31,378 bases of DNA from an uncultured Spirochaetaceae bacterium (GCA_902797925.1 CADBUT010000016.1:1-31378), one strand, 5' to 3'. Counted from the first letter of the stretch, positions 7,528 through 15,811 are shown. Notes: generated by a model not told the origin, from the sequence alone. Numbers and translations are program-made.

Positions 7528-8994
7528 ATGAAAAAAATATTACCAAAGGTACTTGCTGTTCTTTTGATAGCTGCTCTGGTTTCATGTGCATCTGGAAAGA
7601 AATCAACTGCTAAAGAAGAACCACCGTTGAATGTTAAAACACAGGACAATAAGAAAGCTATTGCTCATGATGCAGATGCTCCTGTTGTTGAGCCAGAAGA
7701 AAACGCTGATGTTTCACCAACATATATCGATTCTGGCATTGAAAAAATCAATGAGCCTGGAATGATGGTTGTTGACGAGACAAAAGGCTTGAGTGATTCT
7801 TTGACAACTGCTGACAAAGAGGTTCAGCTTCATCAGGTTGATCCAAATGAAGGTGCTGACGAAGCAAAAATCAATGCTGAAGTTGACAAATGGCGCAAAA
7901 CTCACAGTGCAATTCTTAATAAGAATATCAATTCAATTACTGCAAATGACTTGAGCGTTATTCAGAGAGCAATCAGCGATTACAATAACTTGAGTGCCGG
8001 CGCAAAGGAAAAGCTCCAGAAGGAATACAAAGACCTTCAGGATAAGCTTGCTAAGGCAAAGGCTCTTGCAGAAGAAGAAGCTAAGAAAGCTGCAGATGCA
8101 AAGGCAAAAGCTGCCGCTGACGCAAAGGCAAAGGCAGATGCAAAAGCTAAGTCAGATGCAGATGCCAAGAAAGCAGCTGAATCAAAAGTTGATGCTGAAG
8201 TTGCAAAATGGAAGCAGACACACAGCGCTATCCTCAACAAAAATGCTAATTCTGTTACAGCTTCTGATTTGAACGCTATCCAGAAGGCAATCAACGACTA
8301 TAACAACTTGAGCGCAGGTGCAAAGAGCAAGCTTCAGAAAGAATACAACGACTTGCAGAATAAGCTTGCCAAAGCAAAAGCTGATGAAGATGCAAAGATT
8401 AATGCCGAAGTTGCAAAATGGAAGCAGACACACAACGCAATTCTTTCAAAGGATGCTAACTCTATAACAGCTGATGATTTGGCTGCTATCCAGAAAGCAA
8501 TCAGTGATTATAACGGTTTGAGCGCAGGTGCAAAGGCAAAGCTTCAGAAGGAATACAAAGACCTTCAGAACAAGCTTTCTAAGGCAAAATCTGGCGCTAA
8601 GGATGCAGGAAATACTTTGACTGTTTCAGACAACGGCAATTCTTCAAAGATTGCAACAAATACACAGCCACGTGGTCACATTGTACTTGACAATGCACAG
8701 TACTACACTGTTCGCCGCGGCGACTGCCTGATTTTCATTGCAAAGCGTTTCTACGGTTCAGAAAAGGGTAACTACTTCCCGTTCATTATTGCCGGTACTG
8801 AAGAAAAGATTGAAGATCCGGATGAAATTGAAGTTGGTCAGAAGTTGACAATCCCAGATTTGAAGGCTGCTGTTTCAACAGAAGAATCTAAGAACTACGT
8901 TAAGCAGACATTCTATGATGTTGCAGACAAATATGATGCTAAGGGCAAATCTGGCATGGCTGCACAGCTTAGAGCAATTGCTGCTGGACTTTAA
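7528..8994 (+). CDS. Lipoprotein with three 66-aa helical repeats, an Ala/Lys/Asp-rich linker and a C-terminal LysM domain
   Basis: ATG 7528 follows GGAG and gives MKKILPKVLAVLLIAALVSC (lipobox). LysM-like YYTVRRGDCLIFIAKRFYG...DPDEIEVGQKLTIP. Confidence 0.85.
   Translation: MKKILPKVLAVLLIAALVSCASGKKSTAKEEPPLNVKTQDNKKAIAHDADAPVVEPEENADVSPTYIDSGIEKINEPGMMVVDETKGLSDSLTTADKEVQLHQVDPNEGADEAKINAEVDKWRKTHSAILNKNINSITANDLSVIQRAISDYNNLSAGAKEKLQKEYKDLQDKLAKAKALAEEEAKKAADAKAKAAADAKAKADAKAKSDADAKKAAESKVDAEVAKWKQTHSAILNKNANSVTASDLNAIQKAINDYNNLSAGAKSKLQKEYNDLQNKLAKAKADEDAKINAEVAKWKQTHNAILSKDANSITADDLAAIQKAISDYNGLSAGAKAKLQKEYKDLQNKLSKAKSGAKDAGNTLTVSDNGNSSKIATNTQPRGHIVLDNAQYYTVRRGDCLIFIAKRFYGSEKGNYFPFIIAGTEEKIEDPDEIEVGQKLTIPDLKAAVSTEESKNYVKQTFYDVADKYDAKGKSGMAAQLRAIAAGL
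7864..8589 (+). repeat. Three intragenic 198-bp (66-aa) repeats at 7864-8061, 8182-8379 and 8392-8589
   Basis: Aligned translations: AKINAEVDKWRKTHSAILNK...KLAKAK, SKVDAEVAKWKQTHSAILNK...KLAKAK and AKINAEVAKWKQTHNAILSK...KLSKAK. Confidence 0.95.
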
Positions 8995-9042
8995 TTGTTA
9001 ATCTGACATTATTTTCAGTAACAGTTTGTTTTAACTGAATCT

Positions 9043-9078
9043 AAAAGGGATGTTCCTTAAAAGGGCATCCCTTTTTTT
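9043..9078 (+). terminator. Intrinsic terminator after the LysM lipoprotein gene
   Basis: AAAAGGGATGTTCC...GGGCATCCC followed by a T-run. Confidence 0.8.
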
Positions 9079-9113
9079 AAAATTCACAAATCTTATAAAG
9101 ATAGGAGTCGATT

Positions 9114-9818
9114 ATGAGTACACCGCATAACAATGCAAAACCTGGTGATATTGCTGAGGCTGTTTTGTTGCCGGGTGATCCAAAAAGAGCAGAGTACATA
9201 GCCAAAACTTATCTTGAAAATCCTGTTTGTTATAACCAGGTTAGAGGAATGCTTGGCTTTACCGGAACATATAAAGGCAAAAAAGTTTCTGTTCAAGGCA
9301 CAGGAATGGGGCAGCCTTCACTCTCTATTTATGTGACGGAACTGTTCAGGTTTTATGATGTTAAGAAAGCTATACGTGTAGGTACATGTGGCTCTGTCAA
9401 CAAAGACACGCCGGTTAGAAGCGTTATTCTTGCTGCGGCCGCATCAACTGATTCTGCTATTAATACACGCCGCTTCAACGGAATGCACTTTGCTCCTGCT
9501 GCTGATTTTGAGCTTCTTAAAAGTGCTTATGATGTAGCAAAATCAAAAGATGTGCTTTGCAAAGTTGGTACTGTTGTTTCGTCTGATATTTTTTATGATG
9601 ATGCGCAGACATGGAAGCTATGGGCTGAATATGGCGTTTTGGGCATAGAAATGGAAGCAGCAGAACTTTATACGCTGGCAGCAAAATATGGCAGAAAAGC
9701 TCTGGCAGTTTTAACAGTCTCTGACAACATTGCAACAGGCGAGGAAACAAACGCAGAAGAGCGTCAGACTTCGTTTAACACAATGATGGAAATAGCATTG
9801 GAAGCGGCAATTTCATGA
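9114..9818 (+). CDS. deoD: Purine nucleoside phosphorylase, DeoD type
   Basis: [62 protein letters not shown]. Confidence 0.96.
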   Translation: MSTPHNNAKPGDIAEAVLLPGDPKRAEYIAKTYLENPVCYNQVRGMLGFTGTYKGKKVSVQGTGMGQPSLSIYVTELFRFYDVKKAIRVGTCGSVNKDTPVRSVILAAAASTDSAINTRRFNGMHFAPAADFELLKSAYDVAKSKDVLCKVGTVVSSDIFYDDAQTWKLWAEYGVLGIEMEAAELYTLAAKYGRKALAVLTVSDNIATGEETNAEERQTSFNTMMEIALEAAIS

Positions 9819-9885
9819 TGGGAAGAATTTTCGATTTTACATTGTAGAAAAAATAGAGAAATTGCAGATATTTAGAAAAAAACTC

Positions 9886-9916
9886 TTGATTTTTTTTTCG
9901 ATGTATGTAATATTAT
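9886..9916 (+). promoter_or_regulatory. Candidate sigma70 promoter upstream of the hairpin element
   Basis: TTGATT (9886-9891) with TAATAT (9908-9913) or TATTAT (9911-9916). Confidence 0.4.
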
Positions 9917-9917
9917 A

Positions 9918-9977
9918 GACAACCAGCTGAGGTATGGGCTATCTCTCTCCGGCCTGTGCCTCAGTCTTGGTTGTTTT
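9918..9977 (+). ncRNA. Candidate small hairpin RNA, family unknown
   Basis: A stem of about 21 bp: ACAACCA/TGGTTGT, CTGAGG/CCTCAG and TATGGGC/GCCTGTG (with G-U pairs). Loop UAUCUCUCUCCG, short 3' U-run, intergenic position. Confidence 0.4.
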
Positions 9978-9998
9978 CCCTATCAGCAATTTTCCTAA

Positions 9999-10028
9999 TT
10001 GACAAATCATTTCAAGCAGAATTACAAT
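9999..10028 (+). promoter_or_regulatory. Sigma70-type promoter of the nucleotidyltransferase gene
   Basis: TTGACA (9999-10004), 18-nt spacer, TACAAT (10023-10028). Confidence 0.55.
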
Positions 10029-10079
10029 TTCACTTAATTCATTCTTTTTTTTCAATGAATAATTTAAAAAGGGGCAGTT

Positions 10080-10988
10080 ATGAAACCTACACTTTTAGTA
10101 TTGGCAGCAGGAATGGGCAGCCGTTATGGTGGCGTAAAACAGATAGATGCAGTCGGATTGCATGGTGAAACACTTCTCGATTTTGCGACTTATGATGCAA
10201 TGCGCAGTGATTTTGGAAAAGTGGTCTACATTATACGGCGGGACATCGAAAAGGACTTTAGAGAAAGGCTGTTCGACCGTGTTGCTAGAAATTTCGATGC
10301 AGAATATGTTTTTCAGGAACCAACAAAATGCTTTACTAAAGAGCAGATAAAGAAACAGGTTGAGCGGAAAAAGCCATGGGGAACAATTCACGCTGTTCTC
10401 TGTGCTGAAGAAAAAATCAATACACCTTTTGCTGTTATAAATGCAGATGACTATTATGGCCGCGAAGGATTTGCAACTTTAGGCGCTTATCTTAAGAGCT
10501 TGGAAAACACTGACAATAAACATGCTATGGTCAGCTTTATCTTGAAAAACACAATGAGCCTTAACGGAACTGTTTCGCGCGGTGTCTGTAATATAAAAGA
10601 CGGACAGCTTGTTTCGATGAAAGAGCATACCAAGATAGGCTTTAAAGGCAATAAAGTTATAAGCCAGCTTGAGGACGGTGAAATTGAGCTTACCGGCAAC
10701 GAATCTGTTTCTATGAATTTATTCGGTTTTACGCCGAAAGCATTCGAAGGTTTTCATGCGTATTGGGAAGATTTTGTTAAAAACAACGTTTCAAGTGAAA
10801 AAGCAGAAGCTTTGCTGCCGGAAGCTGCAAGCCTGATTGTTACAAAGGGATGGGGTTCTATAAAGGTTTTCACATCTACCGAAAAATGGTTCGGTATGAC
10901 ATATCCCGAAGACCGCGCCATTGTAAAGTCGGAAATTGCAAAGAAAATAGAGCAGAAATATTATCCAGACAAACTCTGGGAAAAATAA
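10080..10988 (+). CDS. Sugar-phosphate nucleotidyltransferase (NTP_transferase / NDP-sugar synthase family)
   Basis: N-terminal LAAGMGSRYGGxKQ motif, KPWGT, VINADDYY. Confidence 0.85.
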   Translation: MKPTLLVLAAGMGSRYGGVKQIDAVGLHGETLLDFATYDAMRSDFGKVVYIIRRDIEKDFRERLFDRVARNFDAEYVFQEPTKCFTKEQIKKQVERKKPWGTIHAVLCAEEKINTPFAVINADDYYGREGFATLGAYLKSLENTDNKHAMVSFILKNTMSLNGTVSRGVCNIKDGQLVSMKEHTKIGFKGNKVISQLEDGEIELTGNESVSMNLFGFTPKAFEGFHAYWEDFVKNNVSSEKAEALLPEAASLIVTKGWGSIKVFTSTEKWFGMTYPEDRAIVKSEIAKKIEQKYYPDKLWEK

Positions 10989-11013
10989 GAACCTGTCAAC
11001 TGCGGCTAACGCG

Positions 11014-11042
11014 TTGACATATAAAACCCAAAATGTTAAAAT
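11014..11042 (+). promoter_or_regulatory. Near-consensus sigma70 promoter of the parvulin-like/Maf/thrH gene run
   Basis: TTGACA (11014-11019), 17-nt spacer, extended -10 TGtTAAAAT (11034-11042). Confidence 0.7.
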
Positions 11043-11127
11043 CTCTTTCAATGCAGAAAATTTGAGCCGTATTTTATTAATGTTCAAATGTTTGCATAGA
11101 AGTTGTTAAATTTAAGGAAGATGACGT

Positions 11128-12639
11128 ATGAGCTCAAATACAAGCCCAAAAACAGAAAGCCCTAAACACCGCAAGAGCAATTTTATCACAATCGGATCTA
11201 TAATCATTTTGATTTTGTCTGCAATTGCTTTTGTTTTCTTACCGGGTATGTTCAGCAAAAGCCAGAAAGAACCAGAGCCTTTAGGATATTTCAGAAAAGA
11301 GCCAATTAAAGCAAATGATGAAGTTTTCCTTCAGTTGCTTGAAGAGCAGATTAACCAGGATAAGCAGCAGGGCATTGATGATAATGATCCTGGAAATTAT
11401 CTTTCTGCTTTGTATCAGGCTTTTTCTTCAACAATCGTGTTTAAATCATTCTCTTATGAAGTTGAAAAATCTGGTTATATAGTTCCTGAATCAGCAGTCA
11501 GCCGCTTTATTATAAGCAGCATTACAGAAAGAAAAGGCTCTTATTCACCAAAAGACTATAATCAGTTGAGCAATTCCGACAAATTGGAATTGAGAAAATC
11601 AGCTTTGAGAGCTTTAACTTATAGTCAGTATTCAAATGACTTTTTGGGTGCTCACCCTTACGGCTACCCGACAGAACACAGCCTGTTCGGTCTTAAAAGT
11701 TCATCAGCTGAAATGCCGTTCATATTCAATATGAACAATCCAGAAAAATCTTTTGAAATTGCAGCTTTTTCTATGAGCGAATATCCAAAAGAAGAAATTG
11801 TTAAATTTGCTAATGAGCATTCATCTCTTTTCACAACTTTGAATTTTGAAATTATCACAGTTGATTCAAAATCAGAAGCAGAAAAAATCGCCAAGAGAAT
11901 CTCGAATAATGAGATTACTTTTGAAGATGCAGTTGCAGAATATTCAAATAAAAACTTCAGCGATTCAAACGGTGTTCTTGCAAATAACAAAGTTTATAAG
12001 TTAAAGAGCCTGCTTTCTGAAGAAGATTTTGATAACGTTCTGAAACTTGGTGTTGACAGCGTAAGTGATGTTGTAGCAACTGGAGCTTTCTATTCAATTC
12101 TTAAGTGTTGTGATACAGCAAAAAATGCTGACTTTGACAATATCGAAACTTTGGACTCAGTTTATTCATATATAACTACTGAAGAACCAAAAGTTATTGA
12201 AGATTACTTTACTGCAAAGGCCAGAGATTTTGCTGCTGATGCTGCTGTTACAAGCTTTGATGCTGCCTGTGAAAAATACGGTGTAGTAAAACAGACTCCG
12301 GCTGCATTTCCTTTGAACTACGGTTCAAATAATTTGCTCAACCCAATTGATTCTGATACTGCTGTTCTTGCCGGTGCATCTACAAATGAGAATTTCTTGA
12401 AAACAGCATTTTCTCTTAAGCTAAATGAGATTTCAGCTCCTGTAATGCTGAAGAATAATGTTCTTGTTCTTAAGCTTGTTGGGGAAAGCAGCATTGAAGA
12501 TGAGCTGCTTACTTCTATGGCATTCTTCTATCCGATTAATGCACAGCGTTTTGACACTATTTCAATCACCAACTTCTTTACAGGTGCTGATTATGTTAAA
12601 AACGATGTCGTTTCGGCATATCTTTCATCGTTAGAATAA
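11128..12639 (+). CDS. Membrane-anchored parvulin/PpiC-type chaperone (PpiD/SurA-like)
   Basis: Single N-terminal TM helix (FITIGSIIILILSAIAFVFLP). Rotamase-like segment SKSEAEKIAKRI...ITFEDAVAEYS...VSDVV...ILK. Confidence 0.65.
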   Translation: MSSNTSPKTESPKHRKSNFITIGSIIILILSAIAFVFLPGMFSKSQKEPEPLGYFRKEPIKANDEVFLQLLEEQINQDKQQGIDDNDPGNYLSALYQAFSSTIVFKSFSYEVEKSGYIVPESAVSRFIISSITERKGSYSPKDYNQLSNSDKLELRKSALRALTYSQYSNDFLGAHPYGYPTEHSLFGLKSSSAEMPFIFNMNNPEKSFEIAAFSMSEYPKEEIVKFANEHSSLFTTLNFEIITVDSKSEAEKIAKRISNNEITFEDAVAEYSNKNFSDSNGVLANNKVYKLKSLLSEEDFDNVLKLGVDSVSDVVATGAFYSILKCCDTAKNADFDNIETLDSVYSYITTEEPKVIEDYFTAKARDFAADAAVTSFDAACEKYGVVKQTPAAFPLNYGSNNLLNPIDSDTAVLAGASTNENFLKTAFSLKLNEISAPVMLKNNVLVLKLVGESSIEDELLTSMAFFYPINAQRFDTISITNFFTGADYVKNDVVSAYLSSLE

Positions 12640-12644
12640 GACTT

Positions 12645-14294
12645 TTGGAAAATAATATTAATAATGAAGAACCTTGTCTTGTGCCCGCCTCAGGACAAGG
12701 TTTTTCTGTTTTTTACCGCAACAGATATCTATATTCTCGATATAACCCGGAAGCTGCTTCTGTTAGAACGGCAGAGTCTTATACAGTTTTACCACAGACC
12801 CTTGTTATGGTTTTTTCACCGTTATTGGGTTACGGGCTTAAAGAATTAATAGAGCGTCTGCCACAAGACTGCTCGATGATATTGATAGAAGCTGATGAGG
12901 CTTTGTTTAAGTTTTCAAATGAGCATATTCAAAAACTTATAAAAGACAGACCGAATATCTATAATATATGCATTTCAAGCGGAAGTGCGCTGTTTTCGCT
13001 GTTCTCACAAAAGCTTTTACCGTCGTTTTCGAATTTCAAGCGTTGTCTGCCGGTTGAGCTTTCGGGCGGCGCACAGCTTTACCGTCAGTTCTATCATTCT
13101 TTGACAGCACTTATCGATAATGCAATAAATCAGTTCTGGCGCAACCGTATTACACTTGTAAAGCTAGGCAGGCTGTATGCTAGAAATATTTTCAAAAATC
13201 TTGGAAAACTGCCGTTTTCTTCAGACTTGAAAAGCAATTCAGTTTCTAAGCCGATTGTTGTCTGCGGTTCAGGATTGTCTTTGGAAAGCGCGGTTCCTTT
13301 CTTACAGAGAAATTCTGACGACTGCTTTGTAATTACTGTTGACAATGCGCTTATGCCTTTATTGTCCAACGGAATATTTCCGGATGCTATTATTGCCGTA
13401 GAAAGCCAGCTTGCGGTAGAAAAATCTTATATTGGCAGTGCCGGCACAAAAATTGCGATAATTGCAGACTTAACCTCAAGACCGCACGTACTGAATCTTA
13501 CAGGCGGCGATGTGTCTTTTTTTATGTCTGAATACGAACAGTGCAATTATCTTGAGCGGATAAAAAAAGCCTTGAACTGCATGGTTATTCCGCCTTTGGG
13601 TTCAGTGGGTCTGGCAGCAACAGAGATTGCTTTAATTTTAAGAAAAGACGAAAACGTTCCAATATTCATTTGTGGTCTGGATTTCTGTTTTAAGCCGTGT
13701 AAAACGCATTGCAAAGAGTCGCCGAGTTACAGAACTTTGCTGAATGAGTGCAGCCGTCTTGCTCCATTGCTGCGTGGCGAGGTGTCTTTCGGTATAAACA
13801 GCTATTTCTTTGCCGGAAAAGACGGAAAACCCGGTATCACAACGCCTTCTTTGTCAAATTACGGCAGAACTTTTGCCGCCAGATATGGCAGAGTTCCAAA
13901 TCTGTTTGATATTTCAAGTGAAGGCATGGAATTGAACCTTGAGCGGAGAGACTTAAGTTCCGCAGAAGAGATTATACAGAACCGCTCTGAAAGTTCTGTT
14001 TCTAATTCTACGGTATTGCAAAGAAATACAGAAACTGGAAAAAATATAAAGCAATTTTTATTAGACGAACTTGAATCACTTGAAAAGCTTAAATTCCGCA
14101 TGATTAATGGAACTGAACTGGACGAAATTGTGCCAAGCCTTAAGCAGCGTGAATATCTCTACCTTCATTTTCCGGACGGATACAAAGAACCTTGTCTTGA
14201 AAAAAGCTTTTTGAACAGGGTTAGGGCAGAAATTGATTTTTTCATTAAGGATATTCAGTTTTCGCTTGCAACAATTGATGAAGCTTCGCTATAA
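12645..14294 (+). CDS. Maf/DUF115 (MptE-like) motility-associated glycosyltransferase family protein
   Basis: N-terminal LYSRYNPEAAS, VVCGSGLSL (cf. GxGPSL), ITVDNAL, ICGLDFCF. TTG start 5 nt after the upstream stop. Confidence 0.75.
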   Translation: MENNINNEEPCLVPASGQGFSVFYRNRYLYSRYNPEAASVRTAESYTVLPQTLVMVFSPLLGYGLKELIERLPQDCSMILIEADEALFKFSNEHIQKLIKDRPNIYNICISSGSALFSLFSQKLLPSFSNFKRCLPVELSGGAQLYRQFYHSLTALIDNAINQFWRNRITLVKLGRLYARNIFKNLGKLPFSSDLKSNSVSKPIVVCGSGLSLESAVPFLQRNSDDCFVITVDNALMPLLSNGIFPDAIIAVESQLAVEKSYIGSAGTKIAIIADLTSRPHVLNLTGGDVSFFMSEYEQCNYLERIKKALNCMVIPPLGSVGLAATEIALILRKDENVPIFICGLDFCFKPCKTHCKESPSYRTLLNECSRLAPLLRGEVSFGINSYFFAGKDGKPGITTPSLSNYGRTFAARYGRVPNLFDISSEGMELNLERRDLSSAEEIIQNRSESSVSNSTVLQRNTETGKNIKQFLLDELESLEKLKFRMINGTELDEIVPSLKQREYLYLHFPDGYKEPCLEKSFLNRVRAEIDFFIKDIQFSLATIDEASL

Positions 14295-14326
14295 ATATTA
14301 TATAGAATGAATTATTAGGAGATTAT

Positions 14327-14938
14327 ATGTTTGTAACTTGTCTTGATTTGGAAGGTGTTCTTGTACCGGAAATCTGGATTGCATTTGCTGAAGCTTCTGG
14401 AATACCCGAATTGCGCAGAACAACCCGCGATGAGCCTGATTATGATAAACTGATGAAATGGAGAATTGCGCTTTTAAAAGAACGCGGACTCGGCTTAAAA
14501 GAAATCCAAAAAACAATTGAAAAGATTGAGCCGCTTGAAGGCGCAAAGGCATTTCTTGACGAGCTTCGGTCTATTAGCCAGGTTATAATACTTTCAGACA
14601 CATTCACAGAGTTTGCAGCTCCGCTTATGAAAAAGCTCGGTATGCCGACGATTTTCTGCAACAACTTGACCGTAGACGCCAATGGCATGATTACAGGCTA
14701 CAATCTGCGCCAGTCAAACGGCAAATATCATGCAGTAAAAGCCCTGCAGTCTATCGGCTTTAAAACAATTGCCGCAGGTGATTCATTCAACGACCTTGAG
14801 ATGATAAAAAACTCTCAGGCTGGTTTCTTGTTCAGACCGCCAAAGCACATTCAGGACGAATATTCTCAAATTAAGGCATTTACAGAGTATTCAGATTTTC
14901 TTGCCGCAATCAAGGCTGTAATTGAAGCAGAACGCTAA
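14327..14938 (+). CDS. thrH: Bifunctional phosphoserine phosphatase / homoserine phosphotransferase
   Basis: CLDLEGVLVPEIW, TTRDEPDYDKLM, IILSDTF, AAGDSFNDLEM: the characteristic ThrH HAD sequence. Confidence 0.93.
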   Translation: MFVTCLDLEGVLVPEIWIAFAEASGIPELRRTTRDEPDYDKLMKWRIALLKERGLGLKEIQKTIEKIEPLEGAKAFLDELRSISQVIILSDTFTEFAAPLMKKLGMPTIFCNNLTVDANGMITGYNLRQSNGKYHAVKALQSIGFKTIAAGDSFNDLEMIKNSQAGFLFRPPKHIQDEYSQIKAFTEYSDFLAAIKAVIEAER

Positions 14939-14942
14939 AATC

Positions 14943-15749
14943 TCAGTTGTAAATTAAGTCTTCAGCCTGTTTTATCAGGCTGGAGATAATTACGCAGTAA
15001 AGCTGGCTTTTCTGATCTTCTGAATATTCGTGAAACTTTTTCCGGCTGAAATCAATCAGCAGTTTATTTTTCTTGTCTTCAACAAATTGCCCATATTTTT
15101 GATATTCTGCTTCATTTATTGGTGCTAATTGCTGAAGCAGATATACAGAAAGAGCTGAAACTACAGGGTCTTTAAATGCAGAAATTGACTGCCCAAGTTC
15201 AGTTATTGTTGCTGAAAAATCTTTTTCAAGATAAAATGTAAAGGCGTGGTACCATTTAACCCAGTCGGTTTTTGCAATAGAAGGATCTGCTTCTTCCAGA
15301 ACAGAGCGGGCTTCAACCGGTTTTGTAAGCAGAACGTATGAACTTGCAAAACGGAGAATGTTCTTTTGATATGCTTTATGGTTTTCAGCTTTTACGAAAG
15401 TGCATAAATCAATTATTTCTTCCGTTCTGCCTGTGAGTAGCAGAGAATCGCATAAAAGTTGAACAGAACGTGCAGAAATTCGTTTTTGGGTGTATATTTT
15501 ATTATGAAGATAAGCAGCGAGACCTTTCCAGTTTTCTTCTTCAAGATATTTCAGCGGTTTCCTGTTTATTATAAAAATGCAGTTAATTGCTATTGTAATG
15601 ACAAACAGTGCAATGATAAAAATATTGTTTGTCATGGCAATTTCTGTGTATAAATCATCTGATAATGTAAGCTTTGGTGTAAAAAAAAGCAAAAGTAAAG
15701 CTGCAATCAGGACGATATTAAAGGTAATATATAGGAATTTGATTTTCAT
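14943..15749 (-). CDS. Hypothetical membrane protein (two N-terminal TM helices, helical TPR-like cytoplasmic part)
   Basis: 268-aa ORF with two hydrophobic N-terminal segments. AGGAG on the minus strand precedes the ATG. Confidence 0.7.
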   Translation of the reverse strand: MKIKFLYITFNIVLIAALLLLFFTPKLTLSDDLYTEIAMTNNIFIIALFVITIAINCIFIINRKPLKYLEEENWKGLAAYLHNKIYTQKRISARSVQLLCDSLLLTGRTEEIIDLCTFVKAENHKAYQKNILRFASSYVLLTKPVEARSVLEEADPSIAKTDWVKWYHAFTFYLEKDFSATITELGQSISAFKDPVVSALSVYLLQQLAPINEAEYQKYGQFVEDKKNKLLIDFSRKKFHEYSEDQKSQLYCVIISSLIKQAEDLIYN

Positions 15750-15811
15750 GACGGCTCCTTATTGTGAGTTAATCTTAAGATGTCAGAAGAATCAGGTCAA
15801 CAGGGGAATAT

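Noticed and set aside
7864-8589. Direct repeats considered as a CRISPR array or mobile-element repeats
   Set aside because: They are 198-bp, in-frame, synonymous-divergent coding repeats with no unique spacers and no cas genes.
8995-9113. Purine riboswitch upstream of deoD
   Set aside because: Only about 35 nt separate the terminator from the start codon, and no purine aptamer core is present.
9918-9977. SRP (4.5S) RNA reading of the minus strand (CAGGCCGGAGAGAGATAGCC)
   Set aside because: It resembles domain IV only superficially. The CC-GGAA-GG closing stem and the GCAG motif are broken, and the G-U pairs favour the plus strand.
9956-10168. 70-aa GTG-start ORF overlapping the nucleotidyltransferase start
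   Set aside because: It has no RBS, spans a promoter, and overlaps a real gene out of frame.
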